A DNA stretch of 63,988 nt, the filler included, from Octopus bimaculoides (taxonomy: Eukaryota), in assembly GCF_001194135.2 (NCBI RefSeq). It is 3 parts of 3 records of this genome, joined end to end, with 100 filler letters (N's around TTAATTAATTAA, not from the genome) between each part and the next. Parts side by side here need not be neighbours in the genome. Positions count along the whole stretch, not along the records: positions 31,254 to 62,778 come from NC_069001.1; positions 62,879 to 63,988 come from NC_069000.1; 1 more part is not named here. One strand, 5' to 3'. A program made the translations under genes and the position numbers. This document shows, piece by piece, positions 51,946 through 63,988 of this stretch. Below the pieces are notes generated by a model that was given only the letters and a program-made list of their open reading frames with translations, was not told the origin of the DNA and did not search any database. How positions within the stretch are numbered: position 1 is the stretch's first letter; the number at the start of each line of letters is the position of its first letter.

Positions 51946-54108
51946 CATACATATGTAAGTATATTTATTTGTATTCGAGGATTTCAGAATTATTTAAGAA
52001 ACCGAAGGCACAAACTTGTAACGAAAACGTGTTTGTGTGGTCGGAGCGATGGAATGTATTAACCTCGGCTACGTCTTCTTGAAAGAATTTCATAAATGTA
52101 CATTTAAATTGACTACACGGCAGAGGGTATTGACTTTTCATAACCGCAGCTACAAAGCTAGATTATGACGTCAAGTAAAATGAATAAGATGCAAATGAGA
52201 ATATGAAGAATAGCTAATCTCTTTAACGCCATCAACGTTTTATCAGGACCAACAGTCCCTGGCAAAATTCCACGATCAACGAGTTACTTAGTGGTTAGAG
52301 TTAGTTGCTTCAAATAAGAACTTCTCAAGTATTAGATTATTATCTTTGTTTGTGGAGACACAATGGTGCCTATAATTGACGTGGGATGGGAAAAGACAAT
52401 GGGGAGTCGTGACGTTCATAACTTTTCTTAGCATATTTACTAAGGTAAGCGAAAATCTATATTAATCGATAATTGAACGGAGGCAAGTAACTTAACTCTC
52501 TCGACATGTTAGTTCTTTGGTTCTTTGTCTCTCGCATTGGTGAGATACAATGATAATAGAGTTATTCCAGATGTAATAATTCTTTCTAGATTCGATAATA
52601 ACAGTTTTAGTGGATAGTAACCGGCGTTGACTGACCGTCCAATGCGCCATCAACACATTGCTGTCCTCACGCCCACACAACATTAATAAATTCATGAATA
52701 CACGATAGACATGAACGTACCACGTGGCCATACGACTTGTTAGAAAATGCAGTGAAGTATTCCTCTTATCACACCATTCTTATATATCAGAAACAACATT
52801 ATTTTTTATCTTTTAGTCAAGCAGCAACTAGTCGGAGCCTTTCACCATTCATGAGACCTTCCAGAATAGCAGGAGACGGACGATCGAAAATATTGTCTGA
52901 ATGCTAACATCAAAGTGAAATTACCGACAGCAGGAAGTGTTGGTGTTAAGTGGCTTTACTTGGGCAACATTTGTAGGAAAAATTTGCATGTAGCGACAAC
53001 TGAGGATTTTCTCTAAGAAAGAAATAATTATTTGCCATCTGAAAAATTTTTACTGTAATAAATTTCTTTTTTTGTTTAGCTAAGAGGATAAGTATTAACT
53101 TTAAAAAAATTGCCAGGGGGTAAATCAAGCAAATAACGCTGGGAACCTTTGTTGTAGAGTGAATTAAATAGCTACAATGATGTCACTCACATTGCTAGAA
53201 ATAACATTCAAATATTCATTACAAATCATAAAAATACCGTCCGAACGAAAACAAAGCGAAGGGGAGAAGACATCTCTTTCTGCGTGTGTGCGTACGTGTG
53301 TGTGTGTATATATATATNNNNNNNNNNNNNNNNNNNNNNNNNNNNNNNNNNNNNNNNNNNNNNNNNNNNNNNNNNNNNNNNNNNNNNNNNNNNNNNNNNN
53401 NNNNNNNNNNNNNNNNNNNNNNNNNNNNNNNNNNNNNNNNNNNNNNNNNNNNNNNNNNNNNNNNNNNNNNNNNNNNNNNNNNNNNNNNNNNNNNNNNNNN
53501 NNNNNNNNNNNNNNNNNNNNNNNNNNNNNNNNNNNNNNNNNNNNNNNNNNNNNNNNNNNNNNNNNNNNNNNNNNNNNNNNNNNNNNNNNNNNNNNNNNNN
53601 NNNNNNNNNNNNNNNNNNNNNNNNNNNNNNNNNNNNNNNNNNNNNNNNNNNNNNNNNNNNNNNNNNNNNNNNNNNNNNNNNNNNNNNNNNNNNNNNNNNN
53701 NNNNNNNNNNNNNNNNNNNNNNNNNNNNNNNNNNNNNNNNNNNNNNNNNNNNNNNNNNNNNNNNNNNNNNNNNNNNNNNNNNNNNNNNNNNNNNNNNNNN
53801 NNNNNNNNNNNNNNNNNNNNNNNNNNNNNNNNNNNNNNNNNNNNNNNNNNNNNNNNNNNNNNNNNNNNNNNNNNNNNNNNNNNNNNNNNNNNNNNNNNNN
53901 NNNNNNNNNNNNNNNNNNNNNNNNNNNNNNNNNNNNNNNNNNNNNNNNNNNNNNNNNNNNNNNNNNNNNNNNNNNNNNNNNNNNNNNNNNNNNNNNNNNN
54001 NNNNNNNNNNNNNNNNNNNNNNNNNNNNNNNNNNNNNNNNNNNNNNNNNNNNNNNNNNNNNNNNNNNNNNNNNNNNNNNNNNNNNNNNNNNNNNNNNNNN
54101 NNNNNNNN

Positions 54109-54139
<31 letters not shown>

Positions 54140-54794
54140 CATATATGTATGTGTCGTTGGCTTACGTGGCTGAAACTTCGAATTCACACCCAACAATATT
54201 CTTCTATACGAATAATATAATTTTGCTCAACAAAAGTATAAAGAAACCCAACACGTTAATGTAAAATTGCTTTCGTCATAACTGATCATAAAGGGAAACA
54301 TTAACACAGACCCGCACACACACATACACACACACACACACACACGCGCGCCCACACAATATACACCCACTTCCTCTACTTGACCATACGACCACAGAGA
54401 AGACCTCAACTCCTATATTATCTGACTTATCTAATGATATTTGTCCTGAAGCATATGTGCGGTTGACGTCCTTTGCTTAACATAGCTTAGAAACCATTGA
54501 AAATCAAAATCATTTCAAACGGTCCAAGTATTGGTTGAGAATCAGAAACCGTATTAACTCACCTCAGCCAAATGTGGCTGTTTGATTAATTTTGGTAGAA
54601 GATACAAATAAAAAGAAACTAGAAATAAATTAAAAACGTCAATTTATTTCTCGAAAATATTTTTCTAATCTAGTTTTGTAATAAAATTTTAAAAGCGGTT
54701 TGCTGAAGATGCATTACTCCAAATTATATTATACTACTAAACCGAATTAAATATTCGAGAAAGATTCTGGAAGAAATAGAAATTTAATTCTTAG

Positions 54795-55200
54795 AATTCA
54801 TTATTTTTCTTGTTGTAGTTGTTGTTATCATCAACATTATTGTTGTTGTTGTTGTCGTCATCAACGCCGTCGTCATCATAATCATCATCGTCATAGTTGT
54901 CATCGTCATCATCACCAATACCGCCATCATTATTGTTTTGTTTATTTGTTTCTTCTACTTCATTATTATTATTATTATTAATATTATTATTATTATTATT
55001 ATTATTATCGTTGTTGTTATTAATGCTGTTATTATTATCAATCTTATCGTCAACAACATCATTATTATTCTTATTATTATCATTAGTGACGTCGTTCTCC
55101 TCCTCATTATTATTATTATTAGTAGGAGTGTTCATGTTGTTATTGTTAGCAATAATAATATTAACTGTAGTAATAATAAATAAAAATAATAAACTATAAT
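54795..55200. repeat. Compound (TTG/TCA/TTA)n low-complexity tract
   Basis: Direct reading. It gives the poly-N/D ORF 54791..55246. Confidence 0.9.
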
Positions 55201-55599
55201 TAAAAGCAATAAAGAAAACAAGAAACACAAACAAAGAAAGAAACAAACAAACAAACAGAGAAATAACCTCATAAATGCCTCAGATATCAGAAAGAGTTTT
55301 AAGTATTAAAAAATCTAAATCTAATTTATTTAGATTCAATGGAAACAAGAAAGTTCTAGAAGCGTTTAGAAGAGTAAAAGCGGAGTTTAATCCGCTTAGT
55401 TTAAACAGAAATTCAAAAGCAAAAGCAAAAACATGAGAAATAAGCAACAAGCAAACAATACAAAGCAAATGTATTAATGTTCTGAATAATAATATTGATT
55501 TTCGTGGCTAAAGATGTATCTGTAGTTTAGAGGAGAGAGAGAGGAAAGGTGTGTGGTGACATTAATGATATTCTAGTAGGTCATAACATCTATATATAA

Positions 55600-56043
55600 T
55601 GTATTATGTATATATAATATATATCATATACTATTTATAATATACTATTTATATATAATATATATATAATATACTATTTATATATAATATATATCATATA
55701 CTATTTATAATATACTATTTATATATAATATATATATAATATACTATTTATATATAATATATATAATACACTATTTACATATATGATTTACTATTTATAT
55801 ATAATATATATAATATGCTATTTATATATTATATATATATAAATTATATATATATAATATATATATGTATATATAATATACATAATATATATGTATATAC
55901 AATATATAAATGTATATCATATATAATATATATATATATACAATATATAAATGTATATCATATATAATATATATATATATATACAATATATAAATGTATA
56001 TCATATATAATATATATATATATACAATATATAAATGTATATC

Positions 56044-56075
<32 letters not shown>

Positions 56076-56127
56076 ATATAAATATATATATATATATAAT
56101 ATAAATATATATATATATATATAATAT

Positions 56128-56161
<34 letters not shown>

Positions 56162-56171
56162 ATATAATATA

Positions 56172-56209
<38 letters not shown>

Positions 56210-56240
56210 ATATAAATATATATATATAATATATATGGAT
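55600..56240. repeat. Extremely AT-rich minisatellite field (tatactattta and tacaatatataaatgtatatcata units)
   Basis: Direct reading; the second unit occurs four times between 55897 and 56045. Confidence 0.9.
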
Positions 56241-56310
56241 TATACTCAACAACACACACACACATATATCTATATATATCCATATAAGTGATTGGGTAGG
56301 CAAATAAATG

Positions 56311-56560
56311 AAGCCGCGAGTCTAGTGCTTAGAGTGCTGTAATCACGAACGCGAAATTGTAGTTTCGAATCTTCGATAAGGCGGTGCCTTGTGTTGTTGA
56401 GTAAAACGCTTTATTTGACGTTAACGTACGATCATTCTGACAACTAACGTGTGGCACGCTATGTATCCGTAAAAGTGAAGCGGATTTGATGGAGCGAATG
56501 AAATAATGAACAGCACAAATATCAGACTACTATAATCCTTTGTGCAGGCTGTTCAGCAAT
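56311..56560 (+). mobile_element. Diverged tRNA-headed SINE (E-like)
   Basis: gtctagtgcttagagtg...gtttcgaatc...gccttgtgttgttgagtaaaacgctttatttgacgtt. Confidence 0.55.
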
Positions 56561-56664
56561 ACATTGTAGAAACCTCATCTGCTATCAACGACAGAAAAGT
56601 TTGTATGAAGTGCGAAAAACAAATTGTAGCTTTCCAGTCATCTCGGAGTTAAGACTCCCGGTAT

Positions 56665-56707
56665 CTGGTATTGAAGAGAGCTAAGAAACTCGAAATGCAT
56701 CTGCTAG
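56665..56707 (+). ncRNA. Minimal type-I hammerhead ribozyme-like motif, the best-formed copy
   Basis: ctggta-TTGAAGA-gag(ctaagaaa)ctc-GAA-ATGCAT-C-tgctag. Stem I is 6 bp with 2 G-U pairs, stem II has G10.1-C11.1 and stem III is a 6-nt palindrome. The only core change is C3 to U. Confidence 0.65.
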
Positions 56708-58796
56708 TCCTTAGGTGGCCCTCAGAGCCGGTTAATAGCCTTTTTTGAAATCTAAAGTGAGAATTGTTTTTCTCCATGAGAAAGAACAATGAAAAACCTA
56801 TACAGATTCAAATATCTCTCGAACCTACTTGAACTGGTCTAAAGTCTTTTCTTTTTATTTGCACATTTCCCTTGTCTATTTGTTTCACAAGATTCTCAGT
56901 TCACGAAAATGTGTGTTTTGACTAGGTTACGTTATCGATAAAAACACACGGAAGTAAATAGTTTAATTGAAGTAATTGGATAATTAGTAAAATAATTTGT
57001 ATATTGATTATTAATTAGTTTGGCAAGTTTTTCTTTTGTCACAGCCTGTGAACACAGAGGAAAAAACATACTCTGCTAATCCTTCATCGTTCATTACATA
57101 TTCCAGCAAAGAAAATATAGCGTAGATATAGATATAGTAGGAAAAGTGTCATTGATAAGGTTATTTCTATTTTATTTGGCCTATATGCACATGCTGGTTA
57201 GAGGAACCTTGCTAGGTTATATAGTAAGGATATTTCATTTGCGTCAGTCAGCAGCGCTCGTTCTCATTTCAAATAGACCACATAAAAATGAAAAAGCTAT
57301 CACTAAGCTGTTAGCCTTGTCAAGCGGAATAATAGCAGCAACTATACATTTTTGCCAAATACTACTGACCTCTCAGATTCTAAAGGTGGAAAACCAAATG
57401 GTGCTGTTCGTTCCAACACGTGGAACAACAAGAATATCTAGTGTCGGTGGTCTTTCCTCTTTAGTATGAATAGACCATTGGAGTTTCTCTACACGGTCCA
57501 ATTGAGAGCTATGAATTTTCTTGCATTATTCTCAGACCAAAAAAAAAAAAAAAATCTGCAGATGACTTGGACAAGCAAACTTACATTTGTGGAACTCCGA
57601 GCAATGGAGATAATGAAACCCGTTAATACGCATATAGATAAATGTATATATATNNNNNNNNNNNNNNNNNNNNNNNNNNNNNNNNNNNNNNNNNNNNNNN
57701 NNNNNNNNNNNNNNNNNNNNNNNNNNNNNNNNNNNNNNNNNNNNNNNNNNNNNNNNNNNNNNNNNNNNNNNNNNNNNNNNNNNNNNNNNNNNNNNNNNNN
57801 NNNNNNNNNNNNNNNNNNNNNNNNNNNNNNNNNNNNNNNNNNNNNNNNNNNNNNNNNNNNNNNNNNNNNNNNNNNNNNNNNNNNNNNNNNNNNNNNNNNN
57901 NNNNNNNNNNNNNNNNNNNNNNNNNNNNNNNNNNNNNNNNNNNNNNNNNNNNNNNNNNNNNNNNNNNNNNNNNNNNNNNNNNNNNNNNNNNNNNNNNNNN
58001 NNNNNNNNNNNNNNNNNNNNNNNNNNNNNNNNNNNNNNNNNNNNNNNNNNNNNNNNNNNNNNNNNNNNNNNNNNNNNNNNNNNNNNNTATATATACATAT
58101 GTATATATACATTTATGTATCTATATATACATATGTATATATACATATGTATATATACATTTATGTATCTATATATACATATGTATATATACATGTATAT
58201 TTTCTTTCTTGCTTTTCTTCTATACTAACGTGAAAACGTTACCGACGGGTGCGATGACAAACGTGATGACAAGCAGAATTATTATAAAATAATATTATGT
58301 AATATAATATAATATTATATAATATTTCATCTCAAAACTGTGCTTGGAGGAAATTTTTCGACACAGTTATAGGAAGCAGATACTAAACAATTGAGAGTTT
58401 TGCGACTAGCCGCCAGGCTGAACAAAATTCTGTTGTATGGAAGAAAATAAATATTTGTTAAAAATAGGCATCTGTATATCATACTTAATCTAAATATATT
58501 GTGAAATTTCTTCTCAGCATGCGATAGGATGTAAGTACGAACGAAAAAATTATCTGGAGCTCTCACAGGTGGATTCTGCAAGATTTTAGTTTTCCTCATT
58601 TGTACATTGTGCCTTTAAAAACAGCACGTCGATGAGAGAAATTATTTCCCAGAGAACACCGTACTAAATTTGCATTTCGTGGTGTATTTACATTAAGTAT
58701 GATGCACAGTCGAAATGTCCATATATGTCTTCTTATTCATATATATATTTCTATGTATATGTATCTATGCATGCATATAGGAATGTACTACATATG

Positions 58797-58893
<97 letters not shown>

Positions 58894-59234
58894 ATGTGTG
58901 TTTGCGTGGCACTTATAGGGATTTTGTGAAGAAACTAATTCACTTTAAATAAATCGTATTTTCAGAAAGAAGTAACAAAATTTCATTAGAAATATCTCTG
59001 AGTATAAAGAAGTATTCAATTATTGAAAGGCTTTTGTAATTTTNNNNNNNNNNNNNNNNNNNNNNNNNNNNNNNNNNNNNNNNNNNNNNNNNNNNNNNNN
59101 NNNNNNNNNNNNNNNNNNNNNNNNNNNNNNNNNNNNNNNNNNNNNNNNNNNNNNNNNNNNNNNNNNNNNNNNNNNNNNNNNNNNNNNNNNNNNNNNNNNN
59201 NNNNNNNNNNNNNNNNNNNNNNNNNNNNNNNNNN

Positions 59235-59482
59235 CAATATTTAGAGTTTAGTATTATTATCATGTATAAATCTTTCCCTCTCTCTCTCACTTTCTATCTC
59301 TCCCTCTCTCCACATATATTTATATATATATATGTTTGTATATATATATATATATATGTATTTATTTATTGACACAAACAATATTTAGAGTTTAGTATTA
59401 TTATCATGTATAAATCTTTCCCTCTCTCTCTCACTTTCTATCTCTCCCTCTCTCCACATATATTTATATATATATATGTTTG

Positions 59483-59505
<23 letters not shown>
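59235..59505. repeat. Near-exact 144-bp-period tandem duplication at a gap edge
   Basis: caatatttagagtttagtattattatcatg... starts at both 59235 and 59379. Confidence 0.9.
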
Positions 59506-59516
<11 letters not shown>

Positions 59517-60609
59517 TATAATAATGTACGTTTTTATATGTTCGTATATACATACATATATATAAATAATAATGTACGTTTGTATATGTTTGTATATACA
59601 TACATACATATATATATATATTATGCATACATGCATACAGATATGGACACAGGAACACTCATGCATACTAATATTCGATATTTTGCATTATTTGTTTTCA
59701 GAATTAATAAATAATTAAAACAAAAATCTAAAACACATTTCTATTAAATAAATATCGATATTTTTGAAAATTATTCCGCCATTTTTATTGTTTTCGGTTC
59801 ACTGTATTGTGAATTAATTTACATTATTTTAATTGTTTTTTCATACATATTTTCCTATTAATAAGTTTAATAAGTTTAAGAAAACAAATCCACATTGAAT
59901 TTCTAATATTTTATTAAATGTTACCCATCGCTTCGTTTATGAATATTTTTTTGTTTCTATCGGTAACTTTTTGCAGTAAGTGTATTTGCACTCGACTGAT
60001 TGTTATATAATTATTTTGAAGAGGTCATATTGCCCGAACGGATGAATAATTTATAGCTTTTACGCTATGAAATATCGTCTACTGTCATTCGGTTTATCTG
60101 TGTTGCTCAAATTCTTTGCATCCACACTTGACAATTTTTCTCTCTCGAAGCATTATGAGAACATCTTACATATTCGCTCAACTTGCCAAAAAAAGTATTA
60201 GGAAAATATTCAGCAAAATTATGTCTTAAACTACACTTGTATCAAAACAATAAATGCTTTGGAGAATGTGATCCTAGCGATACTATATCTGAAAAGAAGA
60301 CGTGTTGGTTACAGACGAGGGGTCTTAGGTTAATCTTCCCGTCTTCTCGATTAGAGCCGATATTCGAGATAAATAACACTATATTACACTATCAACAGCA
60401 GTCATTTTCCCGTCTATATCTAGCAAGACACGACAAGAAATACAATAATGATCCGACGAGTGAACTAAGGAGCTTTCTAGAAATAGTAGATATATCTCCA
60501 TAAAATCAAACCTAAAAAATGGATGGACACATTGAGAAAGGTTGTTTTAGACAAACTATGTCTGCAAAAAATCATGGTTCTCATTTGTCATAAATAGCCT
60601 ATCATTGTA

Positions 60610-60646
60610 TCAAAGTCTCCCTCTCTGTAGGAGAGGGAGACTTTGA
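60610..60646. other. Perfect 16-bp inverted repeat with a 5-nt loop
   Basis: tcaaagtctccctctc-tgtag-gagagggagactttga. Confidence 0.9.
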
Positions 60647-61150
60647 GAGAAAACCTGCAACACTGACGATATTCGATGATGTAGACTAGGTTTTCTTTTC
60701 GAGATGAATTTGTCCATGTTGTCCATTTTTATGTGTGCGTGTGTTTCAGGAGCCAAGGCTATTAGATTTTTCGACTGGACTCCCAACTGTAAGCAATTGA
60801 ATTGATGGATATTACCCAACAATCTCGTTCTTACTCTTCCCGTTGGTCTCTGGATAATGAGGTTGAAGAATCCGTCTTAACTGCGACATTCTAATCACTT
60901 GTCCACAATACTAGATTTGCCAACTCTCAATGCAGAGAAGTAGTTACTGGAGCGGGAGAGACACTCTGATCTTCGACATGCGCAGCTTGTCATGTAACCT
61001 TACGTCAAAATTTAAATTTTATTTTAGACATACAAAAGAAGAAAAAACGACGGCAACTAAAATTGACACAGGAACCATACTGTCATCAATATGGGCCATC
61101 CATCCCTCTATCTATCTATCTATCTATCTATCTATCCCTTTATGTATCCC

Positions 61151-61184
<34 letters not shown>

Positions 61185-61254
61185 CATCCATCCATCCATT
61201 TGTCAGTATATCTACATACATGCATATATACGTGTATATACTTATATATGTAAA

Positions 61255-61523
61255 GGTCTGAGGCCTGGTGGTTATGGTAATGAGCTCAAGATCATAAGAT
61301 CGTAAGTTCGATTCCCGACGGCGCGTTGTGTCCCTGAGCAAGACACTTTATTTCACATAGCTCCTGTGCACTAAGATAGCAAAAATGAGTTGAAAGGACC
61401 CGGCCTTGTTACATTGTGTCCCACAAAATCTCCCTAAGGACTACGTTAAGACTACACGAGAAGGCTGTTCTGTTGATCGACTCAACTGGAACCTGCGCCG
61501 TCGTAACCGACGGAGTGCCAGGC
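61255..61523 (+). mobile_element. SINE family E with an internal deletion
   Basis: ggcctggtggtta...gttcgattccc...gcgttgtgtccctgagcaagacactttatttcac...actacgttaag...gtaaccgacggagtgccagg is the reverse of 8006-8320. Confidence 0.75.
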
Positions 61524-61759
61524 CCAGATATGTATATACAAACACAAATATATAAAATATTGTATCTTCCATATGTCTGGCACCTTCACCGACCCGATGG
61601 TATTGATTTGTTAATTTATTAATTAGGTAAAATTTCCAACATTTTATTGAAGAAATCAACTCTATAATGTGATTTGCTGGCTGAATTTCTGACACGCATT
61701 TCAGAAAGAGTAGTAATAATTGCATGTGTACAAAATGAAAATTCTGCCCAATATATACG

Positions 61760-61815
<56 letters not shown>

Positions 61816-61870
61816 TGTATATGTATATATATACGCACATATATATGCATATATATTGGAAACAATTTTC

Positions 61871-61907
<37 letters not shown>

Positions 61908-62555
61908 TAGATATACATATATATATAGATATACATATATATACACATATATATATAGATATACATATATATATAGATATACATATATATATAGATATAC
62001 ATATATATATAGATATACATATATATACATATATATATATATATACACATATATACATATATATATATATATACACATATATATATACATATATATATAT
62101 ACATAAATTATTGCCCACGCACACTTCCACACACATATAGACACACATACAAATAAACAAAAATGCACACACGCATACACTCAGAAGCGCAAATATGGAG
62201 ACATATTTATTCAACAGTTTTCTTCCATTACATATATAACAGTGAAATACCCAAATCAAAACAATATTTTCTTTTAATTACATAAACACACATAGACATC
62301 TGGATGCATTCATACAGAGCCAAACACGAATAGACACAAATTCGTATAAACAGGAAATGCAAGATAAACATATAATGCAATTTTTTTTTCAGTATTGTAA
62401 TATTCGAAGTATGATTGATCAAATTAGTTAATTTGACGTCATTAAATCTAAATGAAACATTCAGAAATTATATGTTATTCGATAATTGATAATTGTTAAA
62501 TTTCATTTACGTTAAAATGTGCAAAATATGTTTGAAGTTATTATTTCAGTGTGTG

Positions 62556-62587
<32 letters not shown>

Positions 62588-62743
62588 TTTTATTACGTTA
62601 ATATATTGTGTCTGATAAATACTCACGATGTACCCCCCCTCTCCACTCTTACTTTCTTTGTCTCCAACGCTCACTCTCTCTATACACACACTCACACACA
62701 CGCATATGTATATATGCATACATATATACGTACATGTATATAA

Positions 62744-62778
<35 letters not shown>

Positions 62779-62878
62779 NNNNNNNNNNNNNNNNNNNNNN
62801 NNNNNNNNNNNNNNNNNNNNNNTTAATTAATTAANNNNNNNNNNNNNNNNNNNNNNNNNNNNNNNNNNNNNNNNNNNN
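62779..62878. other. Artificial 100-bp contig-joining linker N44-TTAATTAATTAA-N44
   Basis: 44 N, the 12-mer at 62823-62834, then 44 N. Confidence 0.95.
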
Positions 62879-62949
<71 letters not shown>

Positions 62950-62951
<2 letters not shown>

Positions 62952-63445
62952 CTTGTTTCAGTTATTCGGCTGCGGACGTGCTCTGGCACCGCGTTAAAGG
63001 GTGTTAGTCGAAGGTATCAGCTCCAGGACGTATTCTTTGTAAGCCTAGTACTTATTCTATTGGTCCGTTTTGCCGAAGCGCTACGTTAACGGGGACTTAA
63101 ACACACCAGCTGTCAAGCGATGTCAGAGGACAAACACACACACACACACACATACACACACACACATAGATATATATGCATATATCTATGTGTGTGTCTT
63201 TATGACTGTGTATGTCCTCCAACACCGTTTGACAACCGGCATTGGTGTGTTTGCTTCCTCCAGTCCAGCCAACCCCACCCCACCGTAAATTAGCGGTTCG
63301 GCAAACGTGACCGGTAGAATAAGCATCAGTCCTTTTTTTAAAAAAAAAGAGCCCTGCAGTCGATTCGTTCGACTAAAACAACCATTCAATGCGATGCTCC
63401 AGCATGGCCGCAGTCAAATGATTGAAACAAGTTAAAGATAAAAAA
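62950..63445. mobile_element. Two SINE family D 3' halves in inverted orientation, joined at the microsatellite
   Basis: 62950-63170 is on the minus strand and 63185-63445 on the plus strand. The centre cacacatagatatatatgcatatatctatgtgtg is a near-palindrome. Confidence 0.85.
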
Positions 63446-63721
63446 TGTAAAAAAGAATATATGCTTCATTGTTTTGAATAGTTCGTTTTCACATTTCTCG
63501 TACATCTACGTATTTCATCACTTCCGGAATATCAGCGCCGTCTGGCGTAGGAGACATATCTCCTTTAGAGATAACCTAACTCCTATCAAAATAGCCATAT
63601 CATCACAGAGATCCATTTTCAGGTTTACATTTAATATTATAACAATGTAAAAGTTCAACACTAACAAAGACACAAGAGAGCAAACGCCAAACATGGATGT
63701 GCACACACATATACTGACATG

Positions 63722-63877
63722 CGGGTGAGGCAGTGTGGTTAGAAGTTTACTTTCAAAATACATGGTTCAGTGTTCAGTCCCACTGCGTGGCACCTTGGGC
63801 TAGTGTCTTCCACTTTTAGTCGCAAGCCTACCAAAGACTTGTGACTGGATTTGGTAGACGAAAACAGAAAGAAGCCT

Positions 63878-63915
<38 letters not shown>

Positions 63916-63988
63916 CATATGTGTGTGTGTCTTTATGACTGTATTTATTCTCCACCACCGCTCGACAACCGGTGATGGTATGTTCATG
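63722..63988 (+). mobile_element. SINE family D: head, (TA)n and the start of the 3' half, running off the window
   Basis: gtgtggttagaag...ttcagtcccactgcgtggcaccttggg...ggatttggtagacg...(TA)n...gtgtgtctt...ccaccaccgctcgacaaccgg. Confidence 0.9.

Noticed and set aside
57146-57469. 107-aa ORF; the antisense strand has a faint LINE-RT-like W..IV.AI pattern
   Set aside because: Neither strand gives a convincing motif.
60009-60051. Fifth hammerhead-like string aattatt-TTGAAGA-gg...ccc-GAA-cggatg-aataatt
   Set aside because: It lacks A15.1-U16.1 and an NUH triplet, and stem I is AT-only. At best it is a heavily decayed relic.
60183-60503. 106-aa ORF (MPKKVLGKYSAK...)
   Set aside because: TTG start, no recognised domain and no splice support.
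60820-60880. Minus-strand PHYPETNG resembling the integrase HPQTNG motif
   Set aside because: In-frame stops lie close on both sides and there are no other integrase motifs.

Overview
This is AT-rich, microsatellite-saturated eukaryotic DNA from a gapped draft assembly, not prokaryotic sequence. The SINE families look like those I recognise from Octopus genomes; the taxon is an inference and is unverified. Two identical 100-bp artificial linkers (N44-TTAATTAATTAA-N44, at 31154-31253 and 62779-62878) split the window into three probably unrelated pieces: 1-31153, 31254-62778 and 62879-63988. I found no protein-coding gene I can name. Nearly every ORF in the track comes from microsatellites or N runs, and only a few weak exon candidates remain. 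The recognisable content is: about 25 copies or fragments of several tRNA-headed SINE families; decayed 3' ends of RTE-like, CR1-like and probably Penelope-like retroelements; a Tc1/mariner-type MITE; Helentron-like (HINE) fragments; and many simple repeats. The most interesting signal is four dispersed minimal type-I hammerhead-ribozyme-like motifs with palindromic stem III (2521-2554, 3638-3673, 41132-41168, 56665-56707). One lies just 3' of a GIY-YIG-like peptide remnant, which matches Penelope-like element architecture. Other points of interest are a SINE with an internal (TA)n/(TG)n microsatellite and several fold-back SINE pairs. I saw no rRNA, intact tRNA or CRISPR array. All protein and family assignments come from motifs recognised by eye, without database searches, and most repeat boundaries are approximate.
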